A stretch of 64,000 nucleotides of DNA from Monocercomonoides exilis PA203 (taxonomy: Eukaryota > Protista > Preaxostyla). Below the pieces are notes generated by a model. That model did not search any database, had not been told where the DNA came from, and saw nothing but the letters and a program-made list of their open reading frames with translations. The translations under genes and the position numbers were made by a program. Each line of letters starts with the position of its first letter. Position 1 is the first letter of the stretch. Below are positions 12,284 to 39,459 of this stretch, piece by piece. Location of the stretch: NCBI GenBank assembly GCA_001643675.2, contig LSRY02000022.1, forward strand, positions 1,054,001 through 1,118,000. The letters run 5' to 3'.

Positions 12284-15010
12284 AGAGAAAGTGGAAGAGA
12301 GATTTCTTCTTTCCTTTGAAGGCGAAGAACGGCCAGACGGAACAGACTGCACAGACACAGGGGGAAGTGCAGATACTGTAGATATCATGGCAGAGCGGGA
12401 AGCAGCAGCAGAAGCAGAAGAAGAAGGATCTTCTGTGTGGTGTCTGTCCGTGTGCAGGTTCGAATCCCCTCCTCTCCGTCTTCTTTCATCGCTTTCATCA
12501 TGATAATAATAATTCGTGCTATCCATTTCTCTCTTTCTCTCTCTCTTTGGCGACACACGCAGGACATGGTCACAGGAGCTGCAGAGAGGAAGGGTGGAAG
12601 AGCGAATGAGTGAAGGAGAAGAGGAAGAAGGAGATGAGGAGGAGGAAGAAGAAATGAGATGTGTTTGCTGTGGAGTGGCCATGGATGAGTAGGCAGGAGT
12701 GAATGTGGCGATTGAAGAAGGGCTGAGAGAAGAAGAAGAAGAAGTCGCAAAAGAGGAAGAAGAGGAAGAAGCAGCGAGAGGATAAGGCGAGAGATAGATT
12801 GGAGAGACAGGAAAGCCCTGGGAGTGGTGAAATGCAGAGGGAGAGCGAGAAAAGCGGTGGCGGCTGTGGCTGTGATGTTTGTGGGTGTGGTGAGAATGAG
12901 GAGAATGATGATGATGATTGTGATGATGATGATGATGATTGGAAGAAGAGGAAGAGGAAGAGGAAGGAGAACGAGAAGAAGATGAGTTTGACAAGTCATC
13001 ATTAGAAGAAGAAGAAGGCGAATGAGAATGAGAATGCAAATGTGATGTGGAGTGTTTGAGCTGGCTGTTTCTTCTTCTCATTCTTCTTCTTCTTCTTTTC
13101 TCTTTCAAGTGTCTGCAGTGACTGCAAGTACATGAATTTGATGATGAAGAAGAAGAGAAGGAAGAAGAAGAAGAAGGAGAAGAAGAATAAGAGGAAGAGG
13201 AAGAAGGAGATGATGAATGAGAAGAAGAACAAGAAGTTGAATAATCAGTGCTGTAGCTTCTGCGATGATGATGATGACGATGAGAACGAGAGCGAGAACG
13301 AGAATGGCGATGCTTTTGATGATGATGATTATGTTTGTGATGATGTTTGTGTTTGGATGATTTTTCATCTTTCTCTTTCTCTTTCTCTTTTGATTTGCTT
13401 TTCTTCTCTTTTTTGTCTTTGTCTTTGTCTTTCTTGTCTTTCTTATCTTTTTCTTTCTCTTTTTTATCCTTTTTCTCTTTTCCATCCTTTTCTTCTTCCT
13501 TCTCGTCTTTCTTGTCTTTCTTGTCTTTCTTTTCCTTCTTTTCCTTCTTTTCCTTCTTTTCCTTCTCGTCTTCTTCCTCTTCTTCCTCTTTCTTTTCTTC
13601 TTTCATTTCAAACGATCGACTTTTCACTTCTCCTTCTCCTTTCTCTTTCTCTTTTCCTATTTTTTGTTTCTTTTGCTTCTCCTCTTTCTCTTTCTCTTTC
13701 TCCTTCTCCTTTTCTTCCTCCTCCTTCCTCTTCTTCTCCTTCTCTGCTTTCTCTCTCTTCAATCTCTGCAGCTCTTCTTTCGATTCTTTTCGCTTCTTGC
13801 TTTCAATCCATTGATCTTCAATGAACAGAACAGACATCTTCTTCTTCTTCTTCTCTTCTTCTTCCTCTTCTTCTCTTCTAATTCTTTCTTTTTCCATCTT
13901 CTCTTCCTTCAATTTCTTCAATTCTTCTTTCGCTGCATCTTTCTTCTTCTTCTCAATCCATTGTGTCTCAATCACACCAACTGCCTTCTTCTTCTCCTTC
14001 TTCTCTTCCCTCAGCCGCTCCAACTCTGCTTTCGCTGCATCTTTCTTCTTCTTCTCTATCCATTGCGACTCAATCACATTCACTGCTTCCTTCCTCTTCT
14101 TCTGTTCTTTCTCTTTCTCTTTCTCTTCCTTTTCTGCTTTCAGCATTGCTAATTCTTCCTTTGCGGCGTCTTTCTTCTTCTTTTCTATCCATTGCGTCTC
14201 AATTACATTCACTGCTCTTTTCTTCTTCGCTTTCTCCTCCTTCAATCGTGTTAATTCCGCTTTTGCCTCGTCTTTCTTCTTCTTCTCCAACCACTGATCT
14301 TCGATAACCTTCACAGCCTTCTTCTTTTTTCCTTTCTCCGCTTTCAACTGAGCCAATTCCGCTTTTGCTTCGTCCCTCTTCTTTTTCTCAATCCATTGCA
14401 TTTCAATAACATCAACAGCATTTTTCTTTTTCTTCAATTCTTTTTGATGTTTTTCTTCCTTCAGTTGCTGAAGTTCCTTTTTCGCTTCTTCAGTTTTCTT
14501 TTTCCCTAGCCACACATCAGCAATTATTTCAGCTGCTTGCCTTCTTTTCTCTTCTTCATTTTCCTCTTCCTCTTCCTCATCAAATTTGGACTTTTCATGA
14601 GATTCAAAATCATCAAATTGAGAATGGCTATCTTTTCTTATTCTACTTGAAGAAGCTTCATACTGAGAATCTTCCACTCTAATATCATTGTCAGATGCCA
14701 TTGTCCTGTCCGTTTGCCCCCAATGACGTTTACTCATTGACTCACGCAGATTGGAAGAGTAATAATTTGGAGGCAAGAATTGTGAATCAACAGGCAATTC
14801 TGCATCATTGAAAGATAATTCATCATCGTCGTATCCAATGATATTTGCATAACTATCAGTCTCATATGATTCATCTCCAGCATATTCATTATTATAATCA
14901 TTATTTGTATTTGCGTTAGAGACTTCATATTCAATTCCATCACTGGTTGTATGATTATCACCTATATACGCCTCATTGCTTTCATCAAGTAAATTGTTGT
15001 GCTCACTCAT
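11699..15010 (-). CDS. 1103-aa low-complexity protein with 7 IQ-like helical repeats
   Basis: Long ATG-initiated ORF with repeats AVxVIExQWIEKKKKDAAKxELxxLK, followed by K/E-, His- and Ser-rich tracts. Confidence 0.8.
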
Positions 15011-15120
15011 ATATTTCGAAGAAATAAATAAAAATCTTTAACGGTTTTGATTAATGTAAAAGTATGGTGTCAAGATCGATCTTGTGTTTCATTACTTTTA
15101 GTTTGGGAAAATAAACAAAG

Positions 15121-15657
15121 ATGGTTTGTTTCAAGATAATAACAGAGTTTCGTGAAATTTTATGCATAAATGGAATATATTTTTATTTTCGTGCATTTAG
15201 ACAAAGGGAACAAGTTCATTTGGACCTCGCCATGGAAAATCACATGGAATGTGCCCAAGATGCGGAAAGCGCGCATACCATCTTCAACATCATCGCTGCG
15301 CTTCATGTGCTTATCCAAACCCTAAGATGAGAAAATGTTTGTTGCTTTTTGTTTTGTATTTGAGATGATTATATTTTTTTCAAAAAATTATTTATTTTTT
15401 AATTTTATTCGTTTCTCGAAATAGACGGATGGTCAATGAAAGCTAACCGCCGTAGAACAACAGGAACAGGTAGAATGAGTTATCTTAAAGACGTTTCTCG
15501 TCGTTGGAAGAATCATTTCCGTGAAGGTTCATTCTTATTCCTATTTTGTGTTTTGAGTTTATCATCTCTTTTAATTTTTCTAGGAGTTACCGCTAAGCCG
15601 AAGGCTTTAAGAAAATCTCAGAAGGCTAATGCTCCCAAGAATGCCACATCAAAATAA
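15121..15657 (+). CDS. RPL37: 60S ribosomal protein L37 (eL37), 4 exons
   Basis: Exons 15121-15123, 15201-15336, 15425-15526 and 15584-15657 with GT-AG introns splice to [62 protein letters not shown], the eL37 Zn-finger signature. Confidence 0.97.
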
Positions 15658-15967
15658 GGGTACAAGAATGAATTGAGAAAGTTTTCACTTCTCAATAACA
15701 CTTCAATGCTTCGGCAAACCCAATTTTGAGTTGATGTCTTTTGACAAAACATATTGCATTACTGAAAAAATAATTTCATTTTTTTTTGCAAATGAATTCT
15801 TTTGATCTCATAAATGTTTATCAATCTGTTTATTGGTTGTGGAAAAATTACACTTTCTTTAAAAAAGACTTGGAAAAAAATAGTGAGATAAGATAACATT
15901 TGAGATGAAAGTTTATATTTGAACGAATTAGTTTTTGAAAAGTTTAGAAATCACAGAGAAATGATGT

Positions 15968-16246
15968 TTACTCAGATTCATCTTTGTTCAGACGACGAAG
16001 AGTTGATGAAATATCTGATGCAGCGCTTGTGCATAATTGCCATGCACCTCCTGCAATGACTTTCTTGCAGCTTTTGCATTCCCAGATTCCGACAGCCTTA
16101 CGCTTAACTGAATCTTTTCCACAGAATCTGCAATTGAAGCGGGCATGTTGTGAAACTTCAATCTTTTTTATAACTTTACGAAGTGAAGCGCCATATCTAG
16201 TTCCGTATTTTCCAACAATTCCAACCTTTTTGGTTCTTTTTGCCAT
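15968..16246 (-). CDS. RPL37A: 60S ribosomal protein L37a (eL43), intronless
   Basis: [49 protein letters not shown] is the canonical eL43 sequence. Confidence 0.98.
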   Translation of the reverse strand: MAKRTKKVGIVGKYGTRYGASLRKVIKKIEVSQHARFNCRFCGKDSVKRKAVGIWECKSCKKVIAGGAWQLCTSAASDISSTLRRLNKDESE

Positions 16247-16408
16247 TGATCAGCAATTATCCTGTGATCTAGTTATATTACAAATTAAAAAATGAAATGC
16301 AACCATATTTCCTAACAAATATATAATAATTAGGAAAGAATTAGTTTAAACGGATTTATTAAATTGAGATAAATTACATAAATTGGTAATTAATTTATAC
16401 CAATTAAT

Positions 16409-31584
<15,176 letters not shown>

Positions 31585-31909
31585 AAAATTAAGATGATGG
31601 TTCTTTAAAAATTCATGTTAATAGTTCGAATTGCATTTTATACTCAAATGCATAAAAGTTATTATATATCTTTATATTTATCTTTATATTCGTGAGATGT
31701 TTTCATGCATTCAAATTGAATTGCGCATTAATTGAGTATCTTTATTTGGAGTAGTTATCTTATTTTGCAATGAGGACAAATTTTACATTATTTTTGTGTC
31801 CATACACTGTTTTCGCTGTTTTATCTTTGTTAATCTTGGTAATTTGTTATTTATCAATGTTTTGTTGTTTTCAAAAACATGTTATGGAAACGAGTGATCA
31901 AATTTTTTT

Positions 31910-34900
31910 ATGAATTCCAGAAGACCAACAACTCCTCCGTCGCAAAACAAAAAAGAACCAACAAAAACAACGCCAGTGAAACTATATCCATCTCCTTTTG
32001 TTCCCATTCCCCCGAATCGTTTGTCTATGCAAATTAGAGAAGTTAAACTTCGTCACGTTGAGAAAGAAAGTTCATTAAAAGAGGCAAATGACATTCGAAG
32101 AAACAGAGCATCTTCTCATTTCAGTCCAATTATTTCTATTCCATTATCTGCTCCTTCCCTGATAAAGCGCCGTGAAAATACTCTAAAGTACCATTTAAGT
32201 CAATCCATGGCCAAGCCAGTGGAAAGCAAGGAAGCAACAGTTCAATTAGAAAAGAGTGGAACAGCGTATGAAAGATTTGCATATCTTAACTGGAATCAAA
32301 ATCAGAATTTCCATAAAACAGATGACAATGTTTTGGGATTAAAACGAATTCCAAAAGCTCCAAAGCCAGTGGCTACAATTTCTGAATCTATACAGATTAT
32401 CGAACAACGGTTACTTGATCTCGAAGAAATTGAAGCAAAGAAAATGGATTATGGAACTAGTTTGGCGAAAATGTTTGAAAATTTGAAAAAAATATTTATT
32501 GAAAAGGATAAAAAAGAAAAGAAAGAAGTTAGTACTACTTCTTCGAGCAGCAAAGATGATGTTCATCTTGCATTGAGTCGTGTTGTGGAGATGTGCGCTC
32601 TTAAAGCCGGGTCTATGGATGAAATTTGGGATTCAGTTTTGTTATGCTATCCTTTGGCTGCAAGTGCTGAATATATTCTGGGCAGCTTGATTTCTATTTT
32701 TAAAGGCGATAAAAAGATTGAAATGGATAATGACTTTATGAAGCACAACTCATCGTCATCATCATCTTCTTCTTCTTCAGATTCTGGTTTCTTCTCAAAT
32801 CTCTTATCATCTGCCTCATCACATCAGTCACTTTTCACTTTCTCTTCTTCTGCTTCTTCTTCCACACCCACTCCAACTTTCCCTAATTCTTCTTCTTCTT
32901 CTTCTTCTTCTTCTTCTTCTTCTCTCCAATCATCATCGTCTTCAGCTCCCTTTGACGCTTCTTCCCTTTCCTCTGACCCATCGCAGCCAATGCCCCCTCC
33001 TTCACGTGAATCCATCTCACTTCCTGCAACTCCATTCAAAAATCTACTCGAAATGGCTTATGCATCAACAGATGCACAGTTATCATCATTTTCTTCTTCT
33101 TCTTCTCTTTCTTCTTCACTTTCTTCTTCTCCTTCTTCTTCAAACAATTCTTCTCAAATGCAATCAACATCCTCTTCTGATTTATCTCTAAGAGGCATCA
33201 AGGGATCTGTGTGTGTTCTTGTTGAGCGATGGCTGCTGCTTCACATAGAAGACTTTGCTACGCCTTCTGTTCGGAAGCAAATGTTGCAGTTACTCAGAGA
33301 AGTGACTGGGATGAGAGAGAAAGAAGGAGAAGGAGAAAGAGAAAGGGAGGGAAAAGAAGGAAGAAGAAGAGGAAGAAATTGTGATGACTGCGAAGGAAGC
33401 GATGGATTAACAATAGAATCCAAAAAAGATGCAAAAGAAGAAGAAGAAGCGGAAGAAGAAGCAGATGTGGGAGGAAGGTTGTTTGTGGATGCAGTTGTGA
33501 GTATTCTGACAGAGACGCCTGTGATGAAGAGGAACATGAGTGTGGCAGGGTGGAGGGCAGAAGGCGCTGAAAAGCCGATTTTGCCGAAGGAGGTGAGGAA
33601 AGGGAAGTATTCGTGTGAAGAAGGAGAGAAGAAGGAGAAGGGGAAGGGGAAGAAGAAAGGGAAGGAGAGGAAAGAGAAGGAGATTAAGGAGAAGAAGAAG
33701 GAAAGTTTGAAAAATAGAAGAGAAGAGGAGGTGCAAGATGAAGAAGAAGATGATGGAGAAGATGATGAAGATGAGGAGGAATATGGGTCAAGTGATGAAT
33801 ATGAGAGCGAAGAGACAGAAGAAGAAAGCAGCGAACGGACGAGCAACAGCAATGGCAGCAAACGAAAGGGAGAGAAAGAGAAAGAGAAAGAGAATGGAAA
33901 GAAAAAGGAATCAAATAGAGAGAAGGACAATGATAAGGATGAAGAAGATGAAGAAGATGAAGTTGTGTATGTGTCTATGGAATCAGATTTTCCAGAACCA
34001 AATGTTAAAATGCCAAACAAACCTAGTTCTTCTTCAACTCCTCCTCCTCCCCCTCCTCTTTCTTCTTCTTCTTTCTCCTCCTCCTCCTCCTCCTCGTCTT
34101 CTTCTTCTTCTTCAAATGCTCCTAATTGTGCAAACATAGAAACTGATGCTTCTCTTCAGATGCCACTCAAACTTCCCCTGTTGAAGATTGATCCAAAGGA
34201 AATAGCGCGACAACTGACTGTTATTCATGCCAGTATGGTTGTGAGGATTAAGAGAAGAGAAATATTAGCATATGCCATCAGTCAAGCAATGGAGAATAAG
34301 GGGAAATGGGGGAAAGAAGAAAAAGAGGGAGAAGAAGAAGAAGAGGGAGAAGAAGAAGAAGAGAGAGAGAAACAAGAAAGAGAGGAAGAGAAGACGAGTA
34401 CTTCAAGTACTTCATCATCAACCACTCCATCTTCTTCCTCTTCAACAATAACAACAACTTCTTCTCTCTCTTCCTCCTCTTCCTCCTCTTCCTCCTCCTC
34501 CTCCTCCTTTTCTTCTTCTTCTTCTTCTTCCTACTCTTCCTCCTCCTCTTCCTTCCCTTCTCTCCTCCGATTGCTCCAACACGGTAAAGACATCACCAAC
34601 TGGGTTATTTCTTGCATTGTTTCTTCGACTTCTTCTGGTGCTAATGCTGGTGCTGCTACTCTTTCCTTCTTCATCAACTTGGCTGATGAGCTGTTTGCGC
34701 TGCACAACCTCTTCGGAATGGCTGCAGTGGTGGATGGGCTGCGTGACAAGGCAGTGAAGGGGGAGGGTGAGAAAGAGAAGGAGAAAGAGAAAGAGAAAGA
34801 GAACAAAGACGAGAATGAGAAGATGAGAGCAAACTGGGAAGCACAGGACGAGCTGATGAAGAGTGTGTTTAAGGAGCTGGTGCAGATGTGTTCGGAGAGA

Positions 34901-35290
34901 CAAGGCAATTCAGAAGAGGAAAGAAAGCAGGAAATTGAGGAGTTGAGTGGAAGTGTTGATCTGCCGTGTGTGCCGCTGGTAAGACAGCACTTGGGCAGTA
35001 TCATTAATGTTCTAAAGGAGCATATGGAGGATCTTGTGACTTCGGAGAAATTATGTTCAGAAAGAGATTCGGAGAAATTATGTTCAGAAGGAGGGGTGGT
35101 GAATATGGAAGCGCTTGTGCGTATTTCAGAAGGAGTGGAGCTGATTAAGCGGTCAGAGCAAGTACAGTTTCTAATTGCGCCTGTATTTGAGCTGTGGGAT
35201 GATTTACTACATTTGCCGTGTTTGACTGAAGAGGAGATGAAGGAGATGAAAGGAACGAATGAATCAGTTGCAAAGGAAATAGAGAAATGA
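31910..35290 (+). CDS. Divergent RasGEF (REM + CDC25 homology domain), 1126 aa
   Basis: REM-like VLLCYP..YILGSLI and VLVERWLLLHIEDF. CDC25-like LLKIDPKEIARQLTVI, ITNWVISCIV, FFINLADELFALHNLFGMAAVVDGL, PCVP and GVVN. Confidence 0.85.
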   Translation: MNSRRPTTPPSQNKKEPTKTTPVKLYPSPFVPIPPNRLSMQIREVKLRHVEKESSLKEANDIRRNRASSHFSPIISIPLSAPSLIKRRENTLKYHLSQSMAKPVESKEATVQLEKSGTAYERFAYLNWNQNQNFHKTDDNVLGLKRIPKAPKPVATISESIQIIEQRLLDLEEIEAKKMDYGTSLAKMFENLKKIFIEKDKKEKKEVSTTSSSSKDDVHLALSRVVEMCALKAGSMDEIWDSVLLCYPLAASAEYILGSLISIFKGDKKIEMDNDFMKHNSSSSSSSSSSDSGFFSNLLSSASSHQSLFTFSSSASSSTPTPTFPNSSSSSSSSSSSSLQSSSSSAPFDASSLSSDPSQPMPPPSRESISLPATPFKNLLEMAYASTDAQLSSFSSSSSLSSSLSSSPSSSNNSSQMQSTSSSDLSLRGIKGSVCVLVERWLLLHIEDFATPSVRKQMLQLLREVTGMREKEGEGEREREGKEGRRRGRNCDDCEGSDGLTIESKKDAKEEEEAEEEADVGGRLFVDAVVSILTETPVMKRNMSVAGWRAEGAEKPILPKEVRKGKYSCEEGEKKEKGKGKKKGKERKEKEIKEKKKESLKNRREEEVQDEEEDDGEDDEDEEEYGSSDEYESEETEEESSERTSNSNGSKRKGEKEKEKENGKKKESNREKDNDKDEEDEEDEVVYVSMESDFPEPNVKMPNKPSSSSTPPPPPPLSSSSFSSSSSSSSSSSSSNAPNCANIETDASLQMPLKLPLLKIDPKEIARQLTVIHASMVVRIKRREILAYAISQAMENKGKWGKEEKEGEEEEEGEEEEEREKQEREEEKTSTSSTSSSTTPSSSSSTITTTSSLSSSSSSSSSSSSSFSSSSSSSYSSSSSSFPSLLRLLQHGKDITNWVISCIVSSTSSGANAGAATLSFFINLADELFALHNLFGMAAVVDGLRDKAVKGEGEKEKEKEKEKENKDENEKMRANWEAQDELMKSVFKELVQMCSERQGNSEEERKQEIEELSGSVDLPCVPLVRQHLGSIINVLKEHMEDLVTSEKLCSERDSEKLCSEGGVVNMEALVRISEGVELIKRSEQVQFLIAPVFELWDDLLHLPCLTEEEMKEMKGTNESVAKEIEK

Positions 35291-38128
35291 AGAAATGAAG
35301 AATTGAAAGAGAGAAATGGAAGATGAAGGAGGGCTGAAGCCAAATGTTATCTTTGTCGCTTTGATTTCTTTCCAAAAAATTTGATTTTTTTTTCCTTTTT
35401 TCTTTTGACTTTTCACTTTTCATTTTTCTTCTTCTTCTTCCTTCACATTGTACAGATTAGAGCTCTGAACAATTTCCCCAATGGAAAAAGCATTAATTGG
35501 ATATCCTTAAAAATTCTTATTAGAATAAAATTATTCACTCACATCAAATAGAAATAGTTTGTTATTATTTCATTATCATGTTATTTGTTCTTTTTAAATT
35601 CTTTCATTTTTTTATTTTCATTGTCAAAAAAAATTTTGAGTGTGTTTTTCACTAACCTAGTTGCGTATGAGCTGTTATCATTGACACTTTGGTTATGATT
35701 TTTTTTACTTTGCCAAAATTTGAACTGATAACTTTGTCATTCACACACTTGCGTTGTCTGTTAATGTTGATGTTTCTGTTGTTGATATGATCCTTTTTTT
35801 CCAATAAAAAAGAGTGTTAATGCGTTCATCAAATGACTTTCTATCAATTTTTATTTGATTTGTCTTGTTTTCCACATTGCTTTTTTATTGTTTGTTTGTT
35901 TGTTTGTTTGTAGGTTGCATTATTTTTAACGGGATTCAGGTCATTTCAATGTTAAAAGTTTTGCGAAAAGTTTTAGTTTTCTAATAAATTTCCCCTCCCC
36001 CTCTTTCATTAGTTGTTTTTCCCGCTATTTTACTTGTCGTTTCAATTCGTTCAAATGTTGAAAGCTTGTTTATAAAATAATGCTATTATGAGACATAACA
36101 TAAACGTTTATTTATTTATTTTTTATGTTATTTGTAGAAGTGCGTTGTGTACTTTCATTCAAAACTGTGTTTATGATTTCTGTTGGTTTTGTTAGTTTCT
36201 CTTTTCTTTTTATTTCAAATTGAATTTTTAAATAAACAAATTAAAAAAAAAATATTTTTGTTGAAGAATAGAATGTGTTTCATGGATAACCTATTCAAAA
36301 AGAAAAAAATCATAAAAAAATATAAAAATAAAATGAAAATTTTAATTTTTAAATAAAAACGCTGTCAAAACATTTGAAGAAAATATAAAAACTGAATAAA
36401 TCTCTAAACAAGTGGAACAATAAGTCAGGTAACATAAAAACTATTTAAAACGATGCCAATATTTCAAAATGAAAAAAAAACTAATTATTGAGGGAAAAAA
36501 TAAAGCAATTTTCAATCAAAAATCTACAGGTTTGAAATGATGATACAAAAAGGGGAAAAAAGTGTTAAACATTTAAAAAAAAAATCAAAAAATCTCGAAG
36601 AGAATGAAGAAAAGTTAGAAATTTCAGATGAATAAAATAAAAGTGATAAAGAAAAGAAAAGAACAAAGACAAAAACTGAGAAAAATAAGCGAGAGTGTGT
36701 AGAAAGAGATAAAATTAATACATTTCATGAAAGAGATCTCTTATATTGCATAAACAAGCAATGAATATGCGAATATAATAAATAAAAAAAAAGGTATTTT
36801 TGATGCTTCATTCAAAAAATAAACAAAAACATTAGAAAAAAAAGAAAGAAAATGAAATGAATCTCCATAAAAAAGATTGCCGATATTCAAAAAGATCTGA
36901 ATTTGGCATTAAAAACACTATAATCAAAGAATAGATAATAATAAGGATAAAGCAAATAACTACAAAAGAAAGCAAGTTAGCAAAGCTCGTAAGACAGAAA
37001 AAAAACAATGGAAATGTAAGTCACATGCACAAATATATGCTCTTTCGATCATTTGCACCATCTTTTTTTTTGTTGTTGTTGCTGTTTTCTTTTTGGATAT
37101 CGCAGTGATAACAAAAGCAATAAGTGTAAAGAAAAAGATTGTAAAAAATACAAAGAGCGAAAGGAAATTAACTCAAACAATACAAATTGAAATAAGCAAA
37201 TAAAAAAACAAAGGCAAAAAATGGAAAACTAAGATTCTCTACAATCACATGATCACTCATGTGTGTTTTAAATTTATAGAAAACAAAAATGATAAGTAAC
37301 AAAAGAGAGAAAGAAAGAAAGATAGAAAGAAGAGAAGATGAAAAATAAAAAAAAGAAAGAAAAAATATTTGTTCTAAAATAAAAAAGAAGGAATAATACA
37401 ATAACAACTATCTATTCTCGCTTTCAAGAGCTGTCCAGAACGGCCAAAGTACTTTCAACTAAAAAGACTTCTTCGTTCTTTCAGCAACCGATACCGATAA
37501 AGAGTACACAAATAGGGGGGCTAATAAACATGAAATTAAATACTAATTCTCATGCAAAGAAAACCTTAGCTAAACGTGAAAAATGATTATATATGACTGA
37601 AAGTGATTGAAAGTGATTCAGAATGTATAGACATGTGTAAAATAAGAACATCAAAAACAATTTTTCTTTTGTCTACAAAGGCAAAATCACGCAATAAATA
37701 TGTTCTCTTCAATGAAACAACATACTTCTGAATTAAAATTTTTTTCACACAAACACATTGAAAGCCCAAAACAAGGTAATCCAGTGATCTCAAAACGGTA
37801 TCTTCTCAAAACAAAAAATTAATTTCTCAAAACAATAAAAGATTAAAAAATATAATAAAACTCACAAAAATAACACAAAATTTGCGATAACCAAAATGAA
37901 CTGCTTTTGGCTGCTAAATCTTACTGGTTCCAATGGGAACTCAATAAAACTATCAATTCAACGCAAAAATATTCGAGATGAAAATTGTAATCATTGCCAG
38001 TATAAAAATAATTAAATGAATGAGTAACATTGTAAATTTTTTGTAACTGCATGATATTTCACAATTTGATATTAAGCTGCGAATAAATATGTCCCATCTC
38101 TGAAAAATACAATATCTTCCCAATATGT

Positions 38129-39274
38129 TCATTTGCCCATCCAGACGGTTGGAGGAGCTGACTGGGGTGTTGCAGACGACAGTGGCATAGACTCCCGCCC
38201 AGGGTCTTGTCCTGACCGAACCCATCCGTAGCACCCGGGCGTCACAACACTCACCACCGGCACAGGCACGGCAACTGCCATCACTGGGATCCCGTGGTCA
38301 ATGTGCTCAAATCCGCTTGGCGTGCGGATCACAATTCCACTCTCACTTCCAGTCGATGCTGGAGTGCTTGACCCTGAAACTCCTCCCAATCCGCAAACAC
38401 TCCCAGGAACACTCCCAAGAACACTTCCAGGAACACTCCCAAGAACGCTCCCAGGGACGCTCCCTCCGCTTCCCATTCCTCCTGAACTCGCACCTGCACC
38501 CGCACTTGCACCCGTACCCGAACCTGCACCTGTTCCTGCTCCAATTCCAACACCAATGCTAAGCCCTCTCATTTCGCATCCAATCTGTATTAAGCTGTCC
38601 ATATGATTTATATCAGATACCGGCATGACTCCAACAACATCCATCATAACTTTTGTAAACTCTGCAAGGTGAATAGTAAGATTAAAGTTGACTCGATGAA
38701 GGAATGCTATTTCTGATTGATTCACCACGGAAACAGGGATTCCAATCAATTTTGCCCACCATCCATTTTGGGGATGCGTGTCGATTTCCAGCTTTAGAAC
38801 AAGAACCACAGTAATTAACAATATTGTACCAAGGCTCGCTTCGCTGATCAGCCTCGATGATGAATCAAAAAATGTTTTTTCAGCTTGTATTAAAAGATCA
38901 AGTAGGTATACAGCATGAACCATTTCTGAGCCTGTGAGCGAAACAACTGAGCGAATAACCTCAAAAAATTGGTAGATTCGCCGATGCAAATCTAAAATCG
39001 ATGACGTTTGTGCTTCGACTTTGCTGTTCAAACTTTCGCTCGATAAATACGCATATAATTGAGCTGCTATCCATCGTGTAATTTTTAATAAATGCTCATC
39101 AGAAATTTTGGAATGACAGAATGCGTCCATTGAAATAGTCGGCAAAGAGGATATTGGCGCTGGTATGCCTCCCAACACAGGCTGATACCCAACTCCAATC
39201 ATGCTGTTGTCCACTCCGTACCCCATAGAAACAACTTGACGTTGATCTCTAACAATTAATTGCGGAGTAGCCAT
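38129..39274 (-). CDS. PHO80/P-U-type cyclin-fold protein with Gly/Ser-rich C-terminus, 381 aa
   Basis: EMVHAVYLLDLL..LLITVVLVLKLEIDTHPQNGWWAKLIGIPVSVVNQSEIAFLHRVNFNL matches the PHO80-like cyclin box pattern (KxxxD..N..WA..G...N..E..FL..xxFxL). GSV[PL] tandem repeats lie near 38396-38467. Confidence 0.8.
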   Translation of the reverse strand: MATPQLIVRDQRQVVSMGYGVDNSMIGVGYQPVLGGIPAPISSLPTISMDAFCHSKISDEHLLKITRWIAAQLYAYLSSESLNSKVEAQTSSILDLHRRIYQFFEVIRSVVSLTGSEMVHAVYLLDLLIQAEKTFFDSSSRLISEASLGTILLITVVLVLKLEIDTHPQNGWWAKLIGIPVSVVNQSEIAFLHRVNFNLTIHLAEFTKVMMDVVGVMPVSDINHMDSLIQIGCEMRGLSIGVGIGAGTGAGSGTGASAGAGASSGGMGSGGSVPGSVLGSVPGSVLGSVPGSVCGLGGVSGSSTPASTGSESGIVIRTPSGFEHIDHGIPVMAVAVPVPVVSVVTPGCYGWVRSGQDPGRESMPLSSATPQSAPPTVWMGK

Positions 39275-39459
39275 GCAAATAAATGTGAAGGATTAAGTCG
39301 TCGAAATCAATTCTGTAACAATTGCACTTTTTAATGGGTCAGAAATGTCACATTTGGTTATTATTCAAATATTGATTATAATAATAAATGTAGCTTTTTA
39401 AAATATTACAAATTCGAATAACGAAATTTAACCCATAAATAGCACAAATTATAAGGGTT

